Origin: Octopus sinensis
Lineage: Eukaryota
Length of the DNA stretch: 64,000 nt
NCBI RefSeq assembly: GCF_006345805.1
Contig: NC_043005.1
Location: 35,340,001-35,404,000, forward strand
Direction: 5' to 3'
A program made the translations under genes and the position numbers. Positions 14,145 to 27,722 of this stretch are shown one piece after another. Each line of letters starts with the position of its first letter. Positions within the stretch are counted from its first letter, which is position 1. The notes beneath the pieces were generated by a model. The model did not search any database. It was not told where the DNA came from and saw only the letters and a list, made by a program, of their open reading frames with translations.

Positions 14145-14816
14145 GCACACACACACATAGGCACACACACACACACGGGCACACACACATACACACATAC
14201 ACACACACACAAATAGACACACACACACACACACACACATAGGCACACACACACTACACACACACACACACACACGCACGCACACTCACACACCAGCGCT
14301 CACACACACACACACACACCGTATATACAGAAGTACATAAACATGATACGTGTGTAAACAAAGTCGTAGACAAGTGTTTAAATATGACACGTATGTAAAT
14401 ACGATGGAAAACAAGCCCGCACACACATTCACACACACACACACACACACACACTCACGCACACACACATGCACACACACATACATACACACATACATAC
14501 ACACATACACAAACTCATACATACATCATATGTGCGTTTATAGTGATGAGGATGTGTACATGCATGTACATGTGCGTATATATTCATATGTATAAGTAGT
14601 ATATGTGTGTGTATGTATGTGTGTGTGTGCGTGTGTGTGTGCGTATGTATGTATGTATGTATGTATTTAAATTTGTATGTAAGTATAAATGTATGTAAAT
14701 ATGTATGCATACATGTGTATATACATATATTTATATATACGCACCTGTGTATGTATGTGTGTGTATGTGTATGTGTGTGTGTGCATTTATATTTATATAT
14801 TTATATTTGTATACCT

Positions 14817-15237
14817 TTTATCTTTTATTAGTTTCAGTCATTTGACTGCAGCCATGCTGGAGCATCGCCTTGAAGGGTTTTTAGTCGAACAAATCGACCC
14901 CGGGACTTATTTTTAATTTTTATGCCTCTACCTCTTCTGTCGGTCACTTTTTCCGAACCGTTATGTTATGGGATGGAAACACACAAATACCGGTTGTCAA
15001 GCGGTGGAGGGGGATAAATACAGACACAAAGACACACATACACAGATATATACGTGCATATATATGCATATATACGACGGGATACTTTCGGTTTTTGTCT
15101 ACCAAATCCATTCACAAGGCTTTGGTCGGTTTGTGGCTACAGTAGGAGACACTTGCCCAAGGTATCACGCAGTGAGACTGAACCCAGAACTATGTGGCTG
15201 GGAAACAAACTACGTACCGTAACGCCACGCCTGCGCC
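14817..15237 (-). mobile_element. tRNA-derived SINE family C (CORE-like CTTGGGCAAGTGTCT motif)
   Basis: Reverse complement of the copies at 17865, 30851 and 48976. Confidence 0.85.
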
Positions 15238-15360
15238 TGCATGGTTCTTTTGTTCTTTTGTTTCTACCATGTATGTATTTATATGCATATGCGTATATAT
15301 ATATCATTTGTAGAAAACATAATTCCGGAGAAGCACACTTTGAGATGTAGTGCAGTGTAC

Positions 15361-15554
15361 ATTTTAACGGGGGGGGGGGTTTATAGGATTAGCCTGGGTT
15401 TCCAGACCATAAAGGGTTTAGCTTTATGGCATATCGTCAGAGCCCCAAATCTGTTGGTCAACAGGTTTTGGGCTCTGACGATACGCCATAAAATTAATCC
15501 CTTTGTGGACGAGAAGCCTAGGCTAATCCCATAAACCCGCTTCCCCCATTAATA
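15361..15554. mobile_element. ~195-bp palindromic foldback MITE
   Basis: Two ~95-bp arms are reverse-complementary about a 2-nt centre at 15457-15458. Confidence 0.8.
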
Positions 15555-16360
15555 TATATGTGTGTGTGTAGTGTGTGTGTGGTATGTATGTATGTATGTA
15601 TGTATGTGTATGTATGTATGTATGTATGTACGCATGTTGGCGCATGTTATGTGTGTGTGTGTGCGTGTGTGTGAGCGTGTGTGTCCAGTATAACGGCTAT
15701 CTTGGCCATAGAAGTGCTTTATAATTTGTAAGAGTCGTCTTCGATGTTATTATCTAGCTCTAAGTCAGCCCTAGTCAAGTAGACTTATGATCAAAAAACA
15801 TTCTAACCCTGACCTTCCAGTTATACTTGACATCATTTATCTCAGGCTACAATATCCAATATGTCATTCCTCAGTTTTTTTTTTTAAATAAGGTGAAAGA
15901 GAGTGATTTTGCAAATCGCTCTGTTACTTCTTCAGGTATTGTCAGCAAATAAATCGGTACATATGTCAGGTCAGTTTGAGTGGAATGAGAGTAAGATGTA
16001 GGTGTGCATGTGTGAATGTGTGAGAGAGAGAGAGAGAGAGAAAGAGAAGGACAGAGAGAAAAAAGAGAGAGAGAGAGAGAAGTGAGAAAGAGTGAGAAAG
16101 ACGGGGAAGAGAAGTGAGTGATTGTAATGAAGGTTAGGAAAAAAGAGAATGAAGAAAGTGAGGAGGTGGCAAATGAGGCAAAGTATGTCAGAAGTGGCGA
16201 CAACTATGTGAACGGTGGCGGGAAAGTAATCGAGTTGACGAGGAAAACGAGGAACATCTCAGAAATGGTTACAAATCTCTAAGGCTATTTCAGAGCAGAC
16301 ACACATATTCACTGACATGCGCATATATAAATACATGCATACATGCGTATGTATGTTTCT

Positions 16361-16401
<41 letters not shown>

Positions 16402-16525
16402 GTATATATATAGTCAATTAAAAGAACAAACAATAAAATAAAAAACAGGGAAAAATAGAGAAAAAGAACGTGAGGACGTGCACACGAAATATATTGATTT
16501 TTGACGTTCGGGTAAAAGAGAGAGT

Positions 16526-16560
16526 CGTTAACGTTTCGAGCATAACTCTTCGTCGGAAAG
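16526..16560 (-). ncRNA. Minimal type I hammerhead motif, U4C variant (Penelope-type 3' end remnant)
   Basis: Minus strand: CTTT-CCGACGA-A-GAGT TAT GCTC-GAAAC-GT-T-AACG. Same family as 21281. Confidence 0.5.
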
Positions 16561-16689
16561 AGAGAAGGCCAAAAAGAAAGGAGGCAAAATAAGGGAAAAT
16601 CGCTGACATCTACTTGCGGTTTCATTTCTGAAGTGACCGGAAGTGAAAGAAAAAAGAGGAAGCGGTTTTTGTGACAAGAGAATGTGAAG

Positions 16690-17760
16690 ATGGTCAGTAT
16701 GTGTGTGTATGTGTGTGTGGTAGCATGTGTGTGTGTGCGCGTGTGTGGTACGACCTGTCTGCATGTGTGTTAGTGTTGGTGTTGCTGTGAGAGGTGAATC
16801 GCAAGTCAGCTGCTGTAGTGAAAGTTGTGTGAATGGGTGGGTGTGGCTGTGTGTTGGCATGTGTGCGTAGACGGAGTGGGAATGTGTGTGCGTGAGTGTG
16901 TGTGTGTGTGTGAGCACATGCGTATGGATGCATGTTTGTGTCATTCTGTCTGTCTATTTCTCTCTCTGCATATATATGTGTGTGTGGGGGGGTGTGTGGG
17001 TGTCTATGTGCATGTGAGTGTGTGTGGAAGTGTATGTACGTGTGTGTATATGTGTGCATGTGTGTGTATGGCGTTGTATGTTGTGTATGTAGAAGGTTGT
17101 GTGTATGTATTGTGTGAGTGGAGGGTGGTGTGTGCGGAAGTTTATCTGCGTTCGTGGGTGTGTGCGTACGTGTGCGTGTGTGTGTGTGCATGCGTCTGTG
17201 TGTGTGTGTGTGTGCATGTGTGTGAGAGGGAGAAAGGGGTGAGGTTGAGTGTAGCCAAGGGTGTGGGTTTTATGTTTACGTACACATGAGTATTGTGCGT
17301 GCGTTTGTGTGTGAGGGAGTTCGAATGTGTGTGTGCGTGCATGTGTGTGCGCACGGGTGTGTGTTGTGTGTGTACGTGTGAGTGTGTGTGTGTGTGCGTG
17401 CGGGTGTGTGGTGTGAGTGGTGTGTGTTGTGTGTGATAGGGTGTGAGTGTGGTGTGTGAAAGTGTGTGACAGGTGTGTGTGTATGTGTGGTGTGTGATAG
17501 GGTGTGAAGGGTGGAATGGCAAAGGTGTGTGTACGTTGGTGTTGTTATTAATGTGTATGTGTTTGTGGGTGTGCTTATAAATATGTGTATGTGAGTGTGT
17601 GTATATGTATATGTGCATATGAGTGTGTGTGTGGCCTCTGTATAGATGTGGGTGTGGCTATGCATGGAATGTGTATTAGTGTGTTTGGAGGTGTGTGTGT
17701 ATGAGTATCGGTGAGTGCGTATGAAGGTGTACGTATGAGTGAGTGTGTGTGGGGTGGGGT
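16690..17760. repeat. ~1.1-kb degenerate (TG)n low-complexity region
   Basis: Directly visible. Confidence 0.9.
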
Positions 17761-17864
17761 GGAAAGTAAATTAAAATACAAGTTAAAAAGTTAAAACACA
17801 AGAAAACAAAAGAATCTGAAAACTAAAAAAATAATAATAAAAAATAATAATTAATAAGTATTAA

Positions 17865-18255
17865 GGCGCAGGAGTGGCTGTGTGGTAAGTAGCTTGCTTA
17901 CGAACCACATGGTTCCGGGTTCAGTCCCACTACGTGGCATCTTGGGCAAGTGTCTTCTACTATAGCCTCGGGCCGACCAATGCCCTGTGAGTGGATTTAG
18001 TAGGTGGAGACTGAAAGAAGCCCGTCGTATATATGTTTATATATATTTGTGTGTCTATGTTTGTTCCCCTAGCATTGCTTGACAACCGATGCTGGTGTGT
18101 TTATGTCTCCGTCACTTAGCGGTTCGGCAAAAGAGACTGATAGAATAAGTACTAGGCTTACAAAGAATAAATCTTGGGGTCGAGTTGCTCGACTAAAGGC
18201 GGTGCTCCAGGATGGCCGCAGTCAAATGACTGAAACAAGTAAAAGAGTAAAAAAG
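17865..18255 (+). mobile_element. tRNA-derived SINE family C
   Basis: GGCGCAGGAGTGGCTGTGTGGTAAG...GGTTCAGTCCC head, CTTGGGCAAGTGTCTT core, GAGTAAAA tail. Confidence 0.88.
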
Positions 18256-18269
18256 AGAGTAAGAATTAC

Positions 18270-19432
18270 AAAAAAACAAACAAATGAAATAAAGATTATA
18301 TAAATAAATCAGTAACAGAAAATAAATAAGAAATATAATAAAATAAAGAATGAAATAAAATAAAATATTTTTTAAAGGTGTGTGGGAAAAGTCACTGAAA
18401 GGAGGGGGTTGTGTTGAGTCCAAAAGGAGTTCGAGTACGTAGAGTGAAAATGTAGTGATGTTCCAGGCGGAGTCTAGAGTTGGTGGGACCATGGTTTAGG
18501 GTAGGCCGAAGACGGTGAAGTCTGAGGCGGAGTGGCCGGCCAAGCGAAAATGATGTTCTTACATAGACGAACGTTTCGTAGGTGTTGAGTGAACCAGTCG
18601 GCTAACTGTCGGCCGTCTGACCAATATAAAGTTTATTGCAAAGATTGCACCTGATACAATAAATAAGGTTTGAAGAAGTGTAGGAGGAGTTCCTGATGTA
18701 GAGAGTGAGCTGGTTGGATCCAGTGAAGGGGTAGGGTGGAAAGGTGGAAAAAGGAGGGGAAAGGGGGTGCAATTGGGAAGGGGAGAGGGCGGTGGTGCGA
18801 TCGATTTGACGAGCGCGAGTAAGAGCAAGTTGGACAAGAGTGGATGAGTATCCGCGACGCATAAACAAGAGGGCTAGGTATTGGGATTGGGTCTCGAAAT
18901 TCGTGTCCCGCTGCACAAGCGTCGGAAGCGGAGGAACTGGGAGTGGCCTGTTTGGTGTGGGAGGGATGGGAGGAAGAAAAGTTGAGATAGAAGTGGGAGT
19001 CGTGGGTTTAAAGAAGGTGAAGGTAGTGAGAGAGTAGGTGAGGGAATCAATGGAAAGAGAGATATCAAGGAAGTTTGCAGAAGTATCATAGATGGCAGAG
19101 ATAAATGCAAGAGAAGGGTGGAAGTTAGAAACGAAAGAGCTGAAGTTGGAGAGCTGTTCACGGAAGAGGGACCTATCGCCAATGCAGGCGTCTGTATAGC
19201 GACAGTGTAACTTTGGGGTCGGTCCGGAGAACTGTGAGAAAATTTGCGCCTCAGTGAAAACAACAAATACATTGGTAAAATTGGGGCCCATTCTCGTTCC
19301 CAAAGCGACGCTAGAAAACTGCTGGTAAATCTCTCCCGCGAACGTAAGGCAGTGAGGGTGGTGACGAGTTCTGCTAGGCGGAGAGCGTGGAGGTGCTGGA
19401 TATGGGGTTAGAGCGACGGTCGAGGAAGTATA
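18270..19432 (-). mobile_element. Penelope-like retroelement remnant (RT + GIY-YIG; Neptune-like), frameshifted and deleted
   Basis: Translates to YQQ..VALGTRMGPNF, RYTD(D), NFLDI, FKPT, then SSNLIYCIRCNLCNKLYIGQT and ..IFTLRT..PFGLN. These are standard PLE RT and endonuclease motifs. Confidence 0.88.
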
Positions 19433-19462
19433 TAAATATATATATAAATAAATATATATATA

Positions 19463-19631
<169 letters not shown>

Positions 19632-21133
19632 ATATTATAATAAATTAGAGACAAAACCACTATATGCAAATCAAACAAAGAAAGACTTAAGCCAATACAT
19701 AAATTGGATTCAATTTAATCTGATTTTTCCTTGTAAATTTGGATTTATTCCCTAATATTTATTATATTATTATTAATATATATATTATATATTATATATT
19801 ATATATCAATCAATATAAGGGTAACAAAAAAATTCAAGAAAATTTTCTGCCACAGCGGTCAAGTGAGAAAATAGAAATAGTCACAGACTATATGATACAT
19901 TCAACAAAATATTAAGGAATGACCCTGAGAAGGTCGTTCGATCACTTGAAAAGAGCAGCTAAAACTCAAAACGCAAAAAAAATAGTAGTAATTTCTGAAA
20001 CTAGAGGAAATAAATATATATATATGTATATTATATATATATATATATATGCATGTATGTGTATGTGTGTAAGCGTGTGTCTATATATATGTACTCCACC
20101 TGCCTTCGTTCTTTGTTATTTTTGTAAACTTTCCCTTTATATATATATATAGCGTGCTTGCGTATGTATGTAACTGTGTGTTGTTTGGCAACATGTTATC
20201 GTTGATTGGAGAGATTTTCGATCAAGTGCTTTCCAAGCATGAATCAAAATCTCGACTACATTATCCAGTGTGTCCCTCTATGTTAAAGATTGTGGGGGAT
20301 GATCTAAGAAAGATTTGCTTGCTATCTCTAGCAGGCAACTGTCTTTCACCCCTTGTGTGGTCGTGTCTGTATGTGGTAACCGGCACAAGAAGCTAGAAAA
20401 TCGTGCAAATTTCTCTGTAGTAAACCTACTTAATGCACATGAATGGCTCGAACTGTTAAAACTATTTGACTCTTTACATGAAATAAATAGATAAATACAT
20501 AAATAAATAAAACTCTTTTTTCTCACATCTCCTATATCTTCACAAAATGCATAAAAGCCTCTACGCTCTGTTTCTTCCTCTTCCCTTAGAAATCGATGAT
20601 GGTACGTACCACTTGTTATATTAGATCAGTGAAGCAGAACAAATTCAAGCATTTCAGCTTCGTATCAAATTATCACTCATGTGTGAATTCTGGTATTTCT
20701 CTCAATAGCATCGTCTTCTCTGATCCAGTCGGAATTGTGTCAAACAGCCGGACGAAGAGTTAGTTTTCATTTTATATCATGCATTGTCAACTTATATAAG
20801 TAGCATGATTTTGGAGGACAGCTGCTGAGTATGGCATCTATTCCATTTCCCCTGACATAGCTGTTAAAATTGAACGTTGGGTTAAAGGGTTTGTGGATAA
20901 TTATTTCCGGTTGTCGAAGTTTCAGGTTCAATTCCACTGTGCGGCCCTTTGGTCAAATCACTCCTACTATAAGCCCCGGATCGACCAAGGCCTTGCAAGG
21001 GAATTTGGTGGACGGAAACTGAAAGCTCTTCGCATGTGTGAATACATGCATACATACAAACATAGAAACATATATACATATATGTACACACACACACACA
21101 CACACAACACACACACACATATTATATATATAT

Positions 21134-21183
<50 letters not shown>

Positions 21184-21280
21184 ATATATATATATGTGTG
21201 TGTATATATATACACACAACTATACACGCGCTTTTCTCGAACTATTCTTTTCTTTCTCTCCAGAGGTTTTCCTCTTTCCA

Positions 21281-21315
21281 GTTTCTGATGAAGAACCATG
21301 CTCGAAACGTCATAC
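21281..21315 (+). ncRNA. Minimal type I hammerhead ribozyme motif (Penelope-type)
   Basis: GTTT-CTGATGA-A-GAAC CAT GCTC-GAAA-CG-TC-ATAC. Palindromic ACGT stem III, GUC cleavage site, one mismatch each in stems I and II. Confidence 0.65.
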
Positions 21316-22394
21316 ACCACCTACCTCATTTTCTATCTTAAACTGAGGGTCAACCATATAGATTAACTGTGTAGGTCCTATTAACTTTTGTTGTTTTGTT
21401 TGAGTACCTTATCAACACAGTTGTCAGTTTTTCTGGTAGAAATTCGTACTTTTTACCAAAATATTGAAACTTCTTGAATCACTAATGCTGCACTTTCCTT
21501 CGTTGTAAGATTTAAACTCTTACATTGTAGGGAAAAAATGCTTAAATCATGCCGATTCAAGGATAGTTTGGCTCCCACGATTTGACTGGAAATGGAGCAA
21601 ACAAGAGTCACATGAAAATCTTTTCTTAACTTGTGTGATGAACTACCTGAAGAAGATGATGCCATTTTACAGGTCTAGGAAGAACCTGTCACAGAAGCCA
21701 CTTCGCACATCAAAGGCATCATATTTGGTCACAAAATAAGTATACAAAATACATAACATATAAACGAAGAGGTTATAAACATGGTGTTACAACTTTGACA
21801 GGGCTACTAACATAACACGAGAAGATGTATATCATAATGTCCCACAACAAAATGAATGAGTGCTTACAAGTTATTACAAATGAATTAACTTATATTTACA
21901 AACGCAGACAAGTCATATTAGTTCGCTGTTTATCACTAACGTTTATTTCTTAATACTTTATTTCTCTACACTACCATTAAGTGCAGTACAATTCTTTCAA
22001 CGGACGAACGCAGCTCACAACCTCACTTGCTCATGGCCGGCCGCCATCTGGATGACGGCGAAAAATAGATTTTTGCCCTATAACTGTGCTCTGTCCCCAA
22101 CTTTGCAAGTTGCCTTCCCCATTATATTTATTGCCACTTATCATTCAAATACCATGAATAAGTCTGAACAAGTTTTTAATTTAATAATTTGTATCTGAAA
22201 AAATGGCTTTCCGGGCGAAAACTTCAAAAATCCACGGTCGATGAGGGTCGCATTGCAGTTGCCCGCTTGAGCTAAAATTATGCATAGATTGACTTTTTTT
22301 TTTGGCTAATTGAATCAAGATAGGAGGTGGGAGCTACACTTTTAGAAAATTGAAAAAAGAGCCACCCTAATACATACATACATACATACATACA

Positions 22395-22427
<33 letters not shown>

Positions 22428-22546
22428 TCACACATACGGTGGGCTTCTTTCAATTGTCATCTACCAAATCTACTCACAGGGCTTTGGTAGGCTCTGCAAT
22501 ATAAGTAGAAGACACTTGCCCAAAGTACCTATCAACGCATGTGCAT

Positions 22547-22583
<37 letters not shown>

Positions 22584-22939
22584 CGTGTGTGTGCGTGCGT
22601 GTGTGTGTGTGTTCATATAATAAAGAGACACAAAAAAACTATTGTCTCAGGCAAAACATGGCCATGAAATTCAGTGACTAGCTTCATGTTAAACAATAGC
22701 CTAAGTTTTTTATCTTGGATAGCGAAATGAAAACGGTTGTAGATTTCCATATACAAAGAATCATCATATAGCTGTCTATGAGAAAAAGTACGAATTGCAG
22801 TCTGACTACCTTCAACGTCTATTCTTGAGATCTGTTAAAAGGAGAAGCATAGGTGTATGGGAAATTATGAAATTCCTGATCGGAAATTGCTTATGAATCG
22901 GGCGGTAATACAAAAGGTAGAAACTTTTGGTTAGTGAAA

Positions 22940-23470
22940 CGTTTACTAAACAAATATGCTTATATAAGTATTACTGAACATCAGCGTAAGAATTGTAAGA
23001 AAACAATCTTTTCAAAACTTGAAGCCTTCACGCTTAAGGTAGCACACAATAGAGAAAACTCACACTACTGTGAAATATGGGAAAATATTTTGTCTAAAAT
23101 AATATTTTAGCAAAAAAAAAAAATAATACTCATTGGAGGAAATCCGATCAATTGAAGATATGTGAGAAAAATATTGACAAAGATTTCAAAAACCTGTTAC
23201 CCTTAAGATAGACGAAAAACCATATCATTTGAAATATGTGGGAAACATCGTGTCTCTAAAAATAATTTAGTAGTACACAGAAAAGAATAAACGCGGGAGA
23301 AATATGTCATTATTTTGAATTCGAATCTTGTTAACCACATCCGTTGCCATGCTGGAAAAAAAAACCCCTTTTCATTGTGAAATATACGGGAAATTCTCCA
23401 TTAGTGATGGCCTCTAAAGTACATATTGAAGAAAAGCAGTGCTACTGGGAAATATGTGGGAAATAATTTT
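22940..23470 (+). pseudogene. Decayed tandem C2H2 zinc-finger array
   Basis: Broken repeats EKPYH(C)EICGK..NNLVVHR..(H)AGEK and NLVNHIRCHAGKK.PFHCEI.GK, with stops and frameshifts. Confidence 0.65.
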
Positions 23471-24070
23471 TTTCTTGATAATAGTATTCTAAACATAGCT
23501 GAACGAATAGAGATTTGAGTAAAACCTAAAATATATTGGGAATATTTTGTCAGTGATAGTGACTGAGCAACTGCCTAGAAGAAGGGGAGATAAGTAGAAT
23601 AAGTAATCGTTAGAGATATATTCCGCGGCAGAATTAAACGACTGTCCAAGAAAAAGAGATAGAATTGTTAGAAGTCAATCGTAGAAATATGGCAATTTTA
23701 CTATTGAAATTTTAATATTTGAGAAGTAAATTTGAATATTTAAGTGTTTAATTCCAATAATGGGAAACAGAGACATGGAGTCTGAGGTGGTGAATAATAA
23801 TACTTGTTACCAATGATGATGATGATGATGATACTTTTATAGCTTTGCGGATGTTTGTTTCGTTACTTTTTGTCAACACCGAATACATAGAAATAAGAAT
23901 GGGAATAATTCTACACACACTGATACGCACACACACACACACACACCACATTCATACATATATATATGCGAGTACACACACATATTCATACATACATATA
24001 TGCAAGTACATACTCTTACATATACAATCACGCATACATAATACAAATTACAGACTAGATTATACATTTG

Positions 24071-24166
<96 letters not shown>

Positions 24167-24499
24167 CATACATACATACATAGATATATACATTTAGCGT
24201 ATTCAGTAAACTTTATAACATCATTATTTATTAAATACTTTCTTAATTTGCACCGAATTATTTCCTGTTTTTGAATTTTTGTTATTTCAAGAGTAATTAT
24301 ATGATAAAATTTGTTTGTGCCACGTCTGTATGCGTGTGTGTATGTGTGTGAGCGTGCGCGCGCACGCATCTGTGTATACATAAATGCATACATAAATACA
24401 TACATACTACATACATACATACACACATACATACATACATATACATACATACATACGTACATACATTTTCCTCATGTTTAAAATGCGACATTGTTTTTA

Positions 24500-24595
24500 T
24501 AATCAAAATTCAATGATGGAGCTTTGTATCTTTGTTAGAAACCTGGTCCTTCTTCAGGAGAAGAATTCAAAAAATTAGAAACAGAAGGGAACATA
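24500..24595 (+). mobile_element. Isolated 3' UTR fragment of the R4-like LINE family at 60985-62520
   Basis: TCAATGATGGAGCTTTGTATCTTTGTTAGAAACC...AGAAGAATTCAAA matches 62415-62510. Confidence 0.6.
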
Positions 24596-24615
24596 CAAAC
24601 ACACACGTACACACG

Positions 24616-24652
<37 letters not shown>

Positions 24653-25366
24653 ACACACACAACACACACACACACACACACACACACACTCGTGTATATA
24701 TACTCAAATACACTCATTAACTGTTTGTTCCTGCGTATTGACAATCCCATAAACCAAACTTTATTGAAACATTGCTTCAAATTTTTTTTTTTTATTTTAG
24801 ATAATGATAAACAGCTCCAAGGCATACAGACACTTGGAATGGTCTGTCCGACGTCCATACACTTCTGAAGGGACTTTCATAAGAAATTCACCGGCACAAA
24901 TGGAGACCGCCCCAACCCCCACTAAAAAATACAGCACACGAAAAGAAGGAAAAAACCTTGATATAAACAGGAAATTGAAACCGGTTCCAGGTTCTTTGAA
25001 AGTCTACCTCTCATCTGCAGTGAGGGCCACCCCCAGAAAGCAAACTATATGTTATAAAACATGTCGGCACCATCCGTTTAAAAAATGTAGGATTTGAAGA
25101 AATTTCAGTGCATGTTAAGTCTGTCTCCAGAGGTAAGAGACATGTAAATTCCATTAACACTGCCAAAACTACATCCAAGAATCTTGAATTAGCGTCTCGG
25201 AATTTCAGAAGAATTAATCTCATGAGTAAGGGTTTGCCACACCTTTGGACTGCCATAAACCTGGTCATTCATACATTCGCACTCATTGCCCCCCACCTTT
25301 ATTAACGTTTCAATCACTAGGTGTCGCTGACTTTATCTCAGTTCATGTGTATCTTTCTTTCTTTTT

Positions 25367-25410
<44 letters not shown>

Positions 25411-25649
25411 ATCCATTTTTTCTTCGTTTAATATATGATAAGCCCAGCTTTATTTTCTTACTTTTCTCTCTCTTTCATACTTTTCTTCACTTTTCTTTCT
25501 TTCCTTTATTATTTCTTTCATTGACTTATTTTTCATTGACTTATTTTTCTTTTCGTAATCTTCCTTCGTTTATTACTTTGTTATATCCTTTGCATTCTTT
25601 CTCTATTACTTAATCTTTGCCATCATTCTAACATACATTTAATAAATAT

Positions 25650-25681
<32 letters not shown>

Positions 25682-26574
25682 TCATTCTCTTTCTTCCTTT
25701 CTCGTTCTCTACTCCTCTCTTTTTTCATTCTCAACTCAACCTTACTCCCTCTCCCTCTGATGTTTCTCTTCCTCAATTTCGCTCTTTCCCTTTATACATA
25801 CATACATACATACATATATTAATATATATATATATATAATATATATATATTATATATAATATATATATATACACACAAGCTGCACAATCATTGGAGCATC
25901 AGGAAAATTTCCCCGAGGCCAAACTCTACTTTTATCTCTCCGACGATCGATAAAATAAAAGTACAATTAAAACTGGCTTCAATGATATTGACTAACGTTC
26001 TCTCAAAATTGTTGCCTTTCAACTTAAATCAGAAACAAAAACAACCAAATTAGTAATACTAAACGGAGTCCGTAAAATAGGTACTAGTCGAGCAATGGGG
26101 TCCATGAAAACCTCTCCCCACAAATTTCAGGCCTAGTACCTATAGTTGAAAGAATTATAATTATGACTAAGGTGGCGAGCTGGTAGAATCATTAGCGCAT
26201 CGAACAAAATGCTCACTAGTATTTCTCCTTGTTTTTACGTGCTGAGCTCAAATCATGCCGAAGTTCTCTTTGCCTTTTCTCCTTCAGTGTCGGTGAAAGA
26301 ATAAAGTACCAGTCATGTACTGAGGTCGACGTAATCAACTAAAAATCTCCCCTCCCCATCTCGTAAAATTGCTAGCCCTGTGCCGAAATTTGAAACCTTT
26401 GTCATTTATTACGGTTCTTACAAATGATCTCTCGTAAATAATATAGGGGAAAAATGTTTATCGTGCAAAAAGATTTAAGAAGTGAGCTTGACCCTTTTAG
26501 TACAAAGCTGATCAAAAGTTAAAAGAATATTAGATGAATTGGAACTCGAAAGTTTTATCTTATATATATTATAT

Positions 26575-26612
<38 letters not shown>

Positions 26613-26951
26613 ATGTTAAAACACACATACCACACACACACACACACTCACATCCACACATATTTTCTGCAGACATACATCTGTGTTTCTGGTACATCAT
26701 CAAACCCCTATCATCATCCAGCGACAGGAGTGTGCGAACTATTGCTATCTCTAGCGGACGGGTATCCACCACCGAGGATGAGCACAAAGATCTTCTTCTA
26801 GCAAAATGGATGTCCACTTACAGGTCATCCCTCTTACATGTATGTAATATAAATTTTCTGAAACTGAAGATTTTTAAATATGCTAGACCACTGGTTTTAA
26901 ATTGATATTAATCAAATTATTATTCAGTTTTTCACTCTTATTATTTTAAAT

Positions 26952-27000
<49 letters not shown>

Positions 27001-27001
<1 letters not shown>

Positions 27002-27305
27002 AAACGTCGCCCTTTTCAAGCCTAGTCAGGCTCATGGGCCCGGTTTCCTGTTTTCTGTGGCGTATGAGTTCCTCCCAGCTGGACGGGACGCCAGTCCATC
27101 GCAGCGTTACTCAAGAAACAGGAAGTGAGAGTGAGAGAAAGTTGTGGCGAAAGAGTACAACAGGGGTCGCCACCCCCTGTCGGAGCCTTGTGGAACTTCT
27201 TAGTGTTTTCGCTCAATAAACACACACAACGCCCGGTCTGGGATTCGAAACCGCGATCCTCCGACCGCATACCACTGCCCTAACCACTGGGCCATTGCGC
27301 CTCCA
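27001..27305 (-). mobile_element. tRNA-derived SINE (H1 head, tail C, V-SINE-like tail)
   Basis: H1 head and body followed by GCTGCGATGGACTGGCGTCCCGTCCAG. Confidence 0.8.
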
Positions 27306-27352
27306 CACACACACACACACACGCACACACATATATATGTCTATTACATGAA

Positions 27353-27650
27353 TATCACCGTGACCGACCAGGTTATCAGATGTTGTTACACATCGCTGGT
27401 CACAATGTGCTTCGCATTGTTTTAGCCTTCAAGTGACACCACCCCGCTGGCTAAGCGAGCAGGCCAACAGAAGAAAGAGTGAGAGACATTGGCGAAAGAG
27501 TACAACATGGGTCGCCCCCCCCTGCCGGAGCCTCGTGGAGCTTTAGGTGTTTTCGCTCAATAAACACTCACAACGCCCGTTCTGGGAATCGAAACCGCGA
27601 TCCTACGACCGCGAGTCCGCTGCCCTAAGCACTAGGCCATTGCGCCTCCA
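27353..27650 (-). mobile_element. tRNA-derived SINE (H1 head, tail B)
   Basis: Near-identical to 5305 and 32963. Confidence 0.88.
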
Positions 27651-27670
27651 CTTATATGAATATAGTGTGT

Positions 27671-27722
<52 letters not shown>

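Noticed and set aside
15868-15935. CTGAGGA and CTGAAGA hits on the minus strand
   Set aside because: G12 missing or no stems I and III.
19920-19970. CTGAGAAGG...GAAAAGAGCAGCT as a hammerhead
   Set aside because: C3-A8 mismatch and no stem I.
21453-21665. 70-aa minus-strand ORF in non-repetitive sequence
   Set aside because: Short, no recognisable motif; cannot be supported as coding without homology or RNA data.
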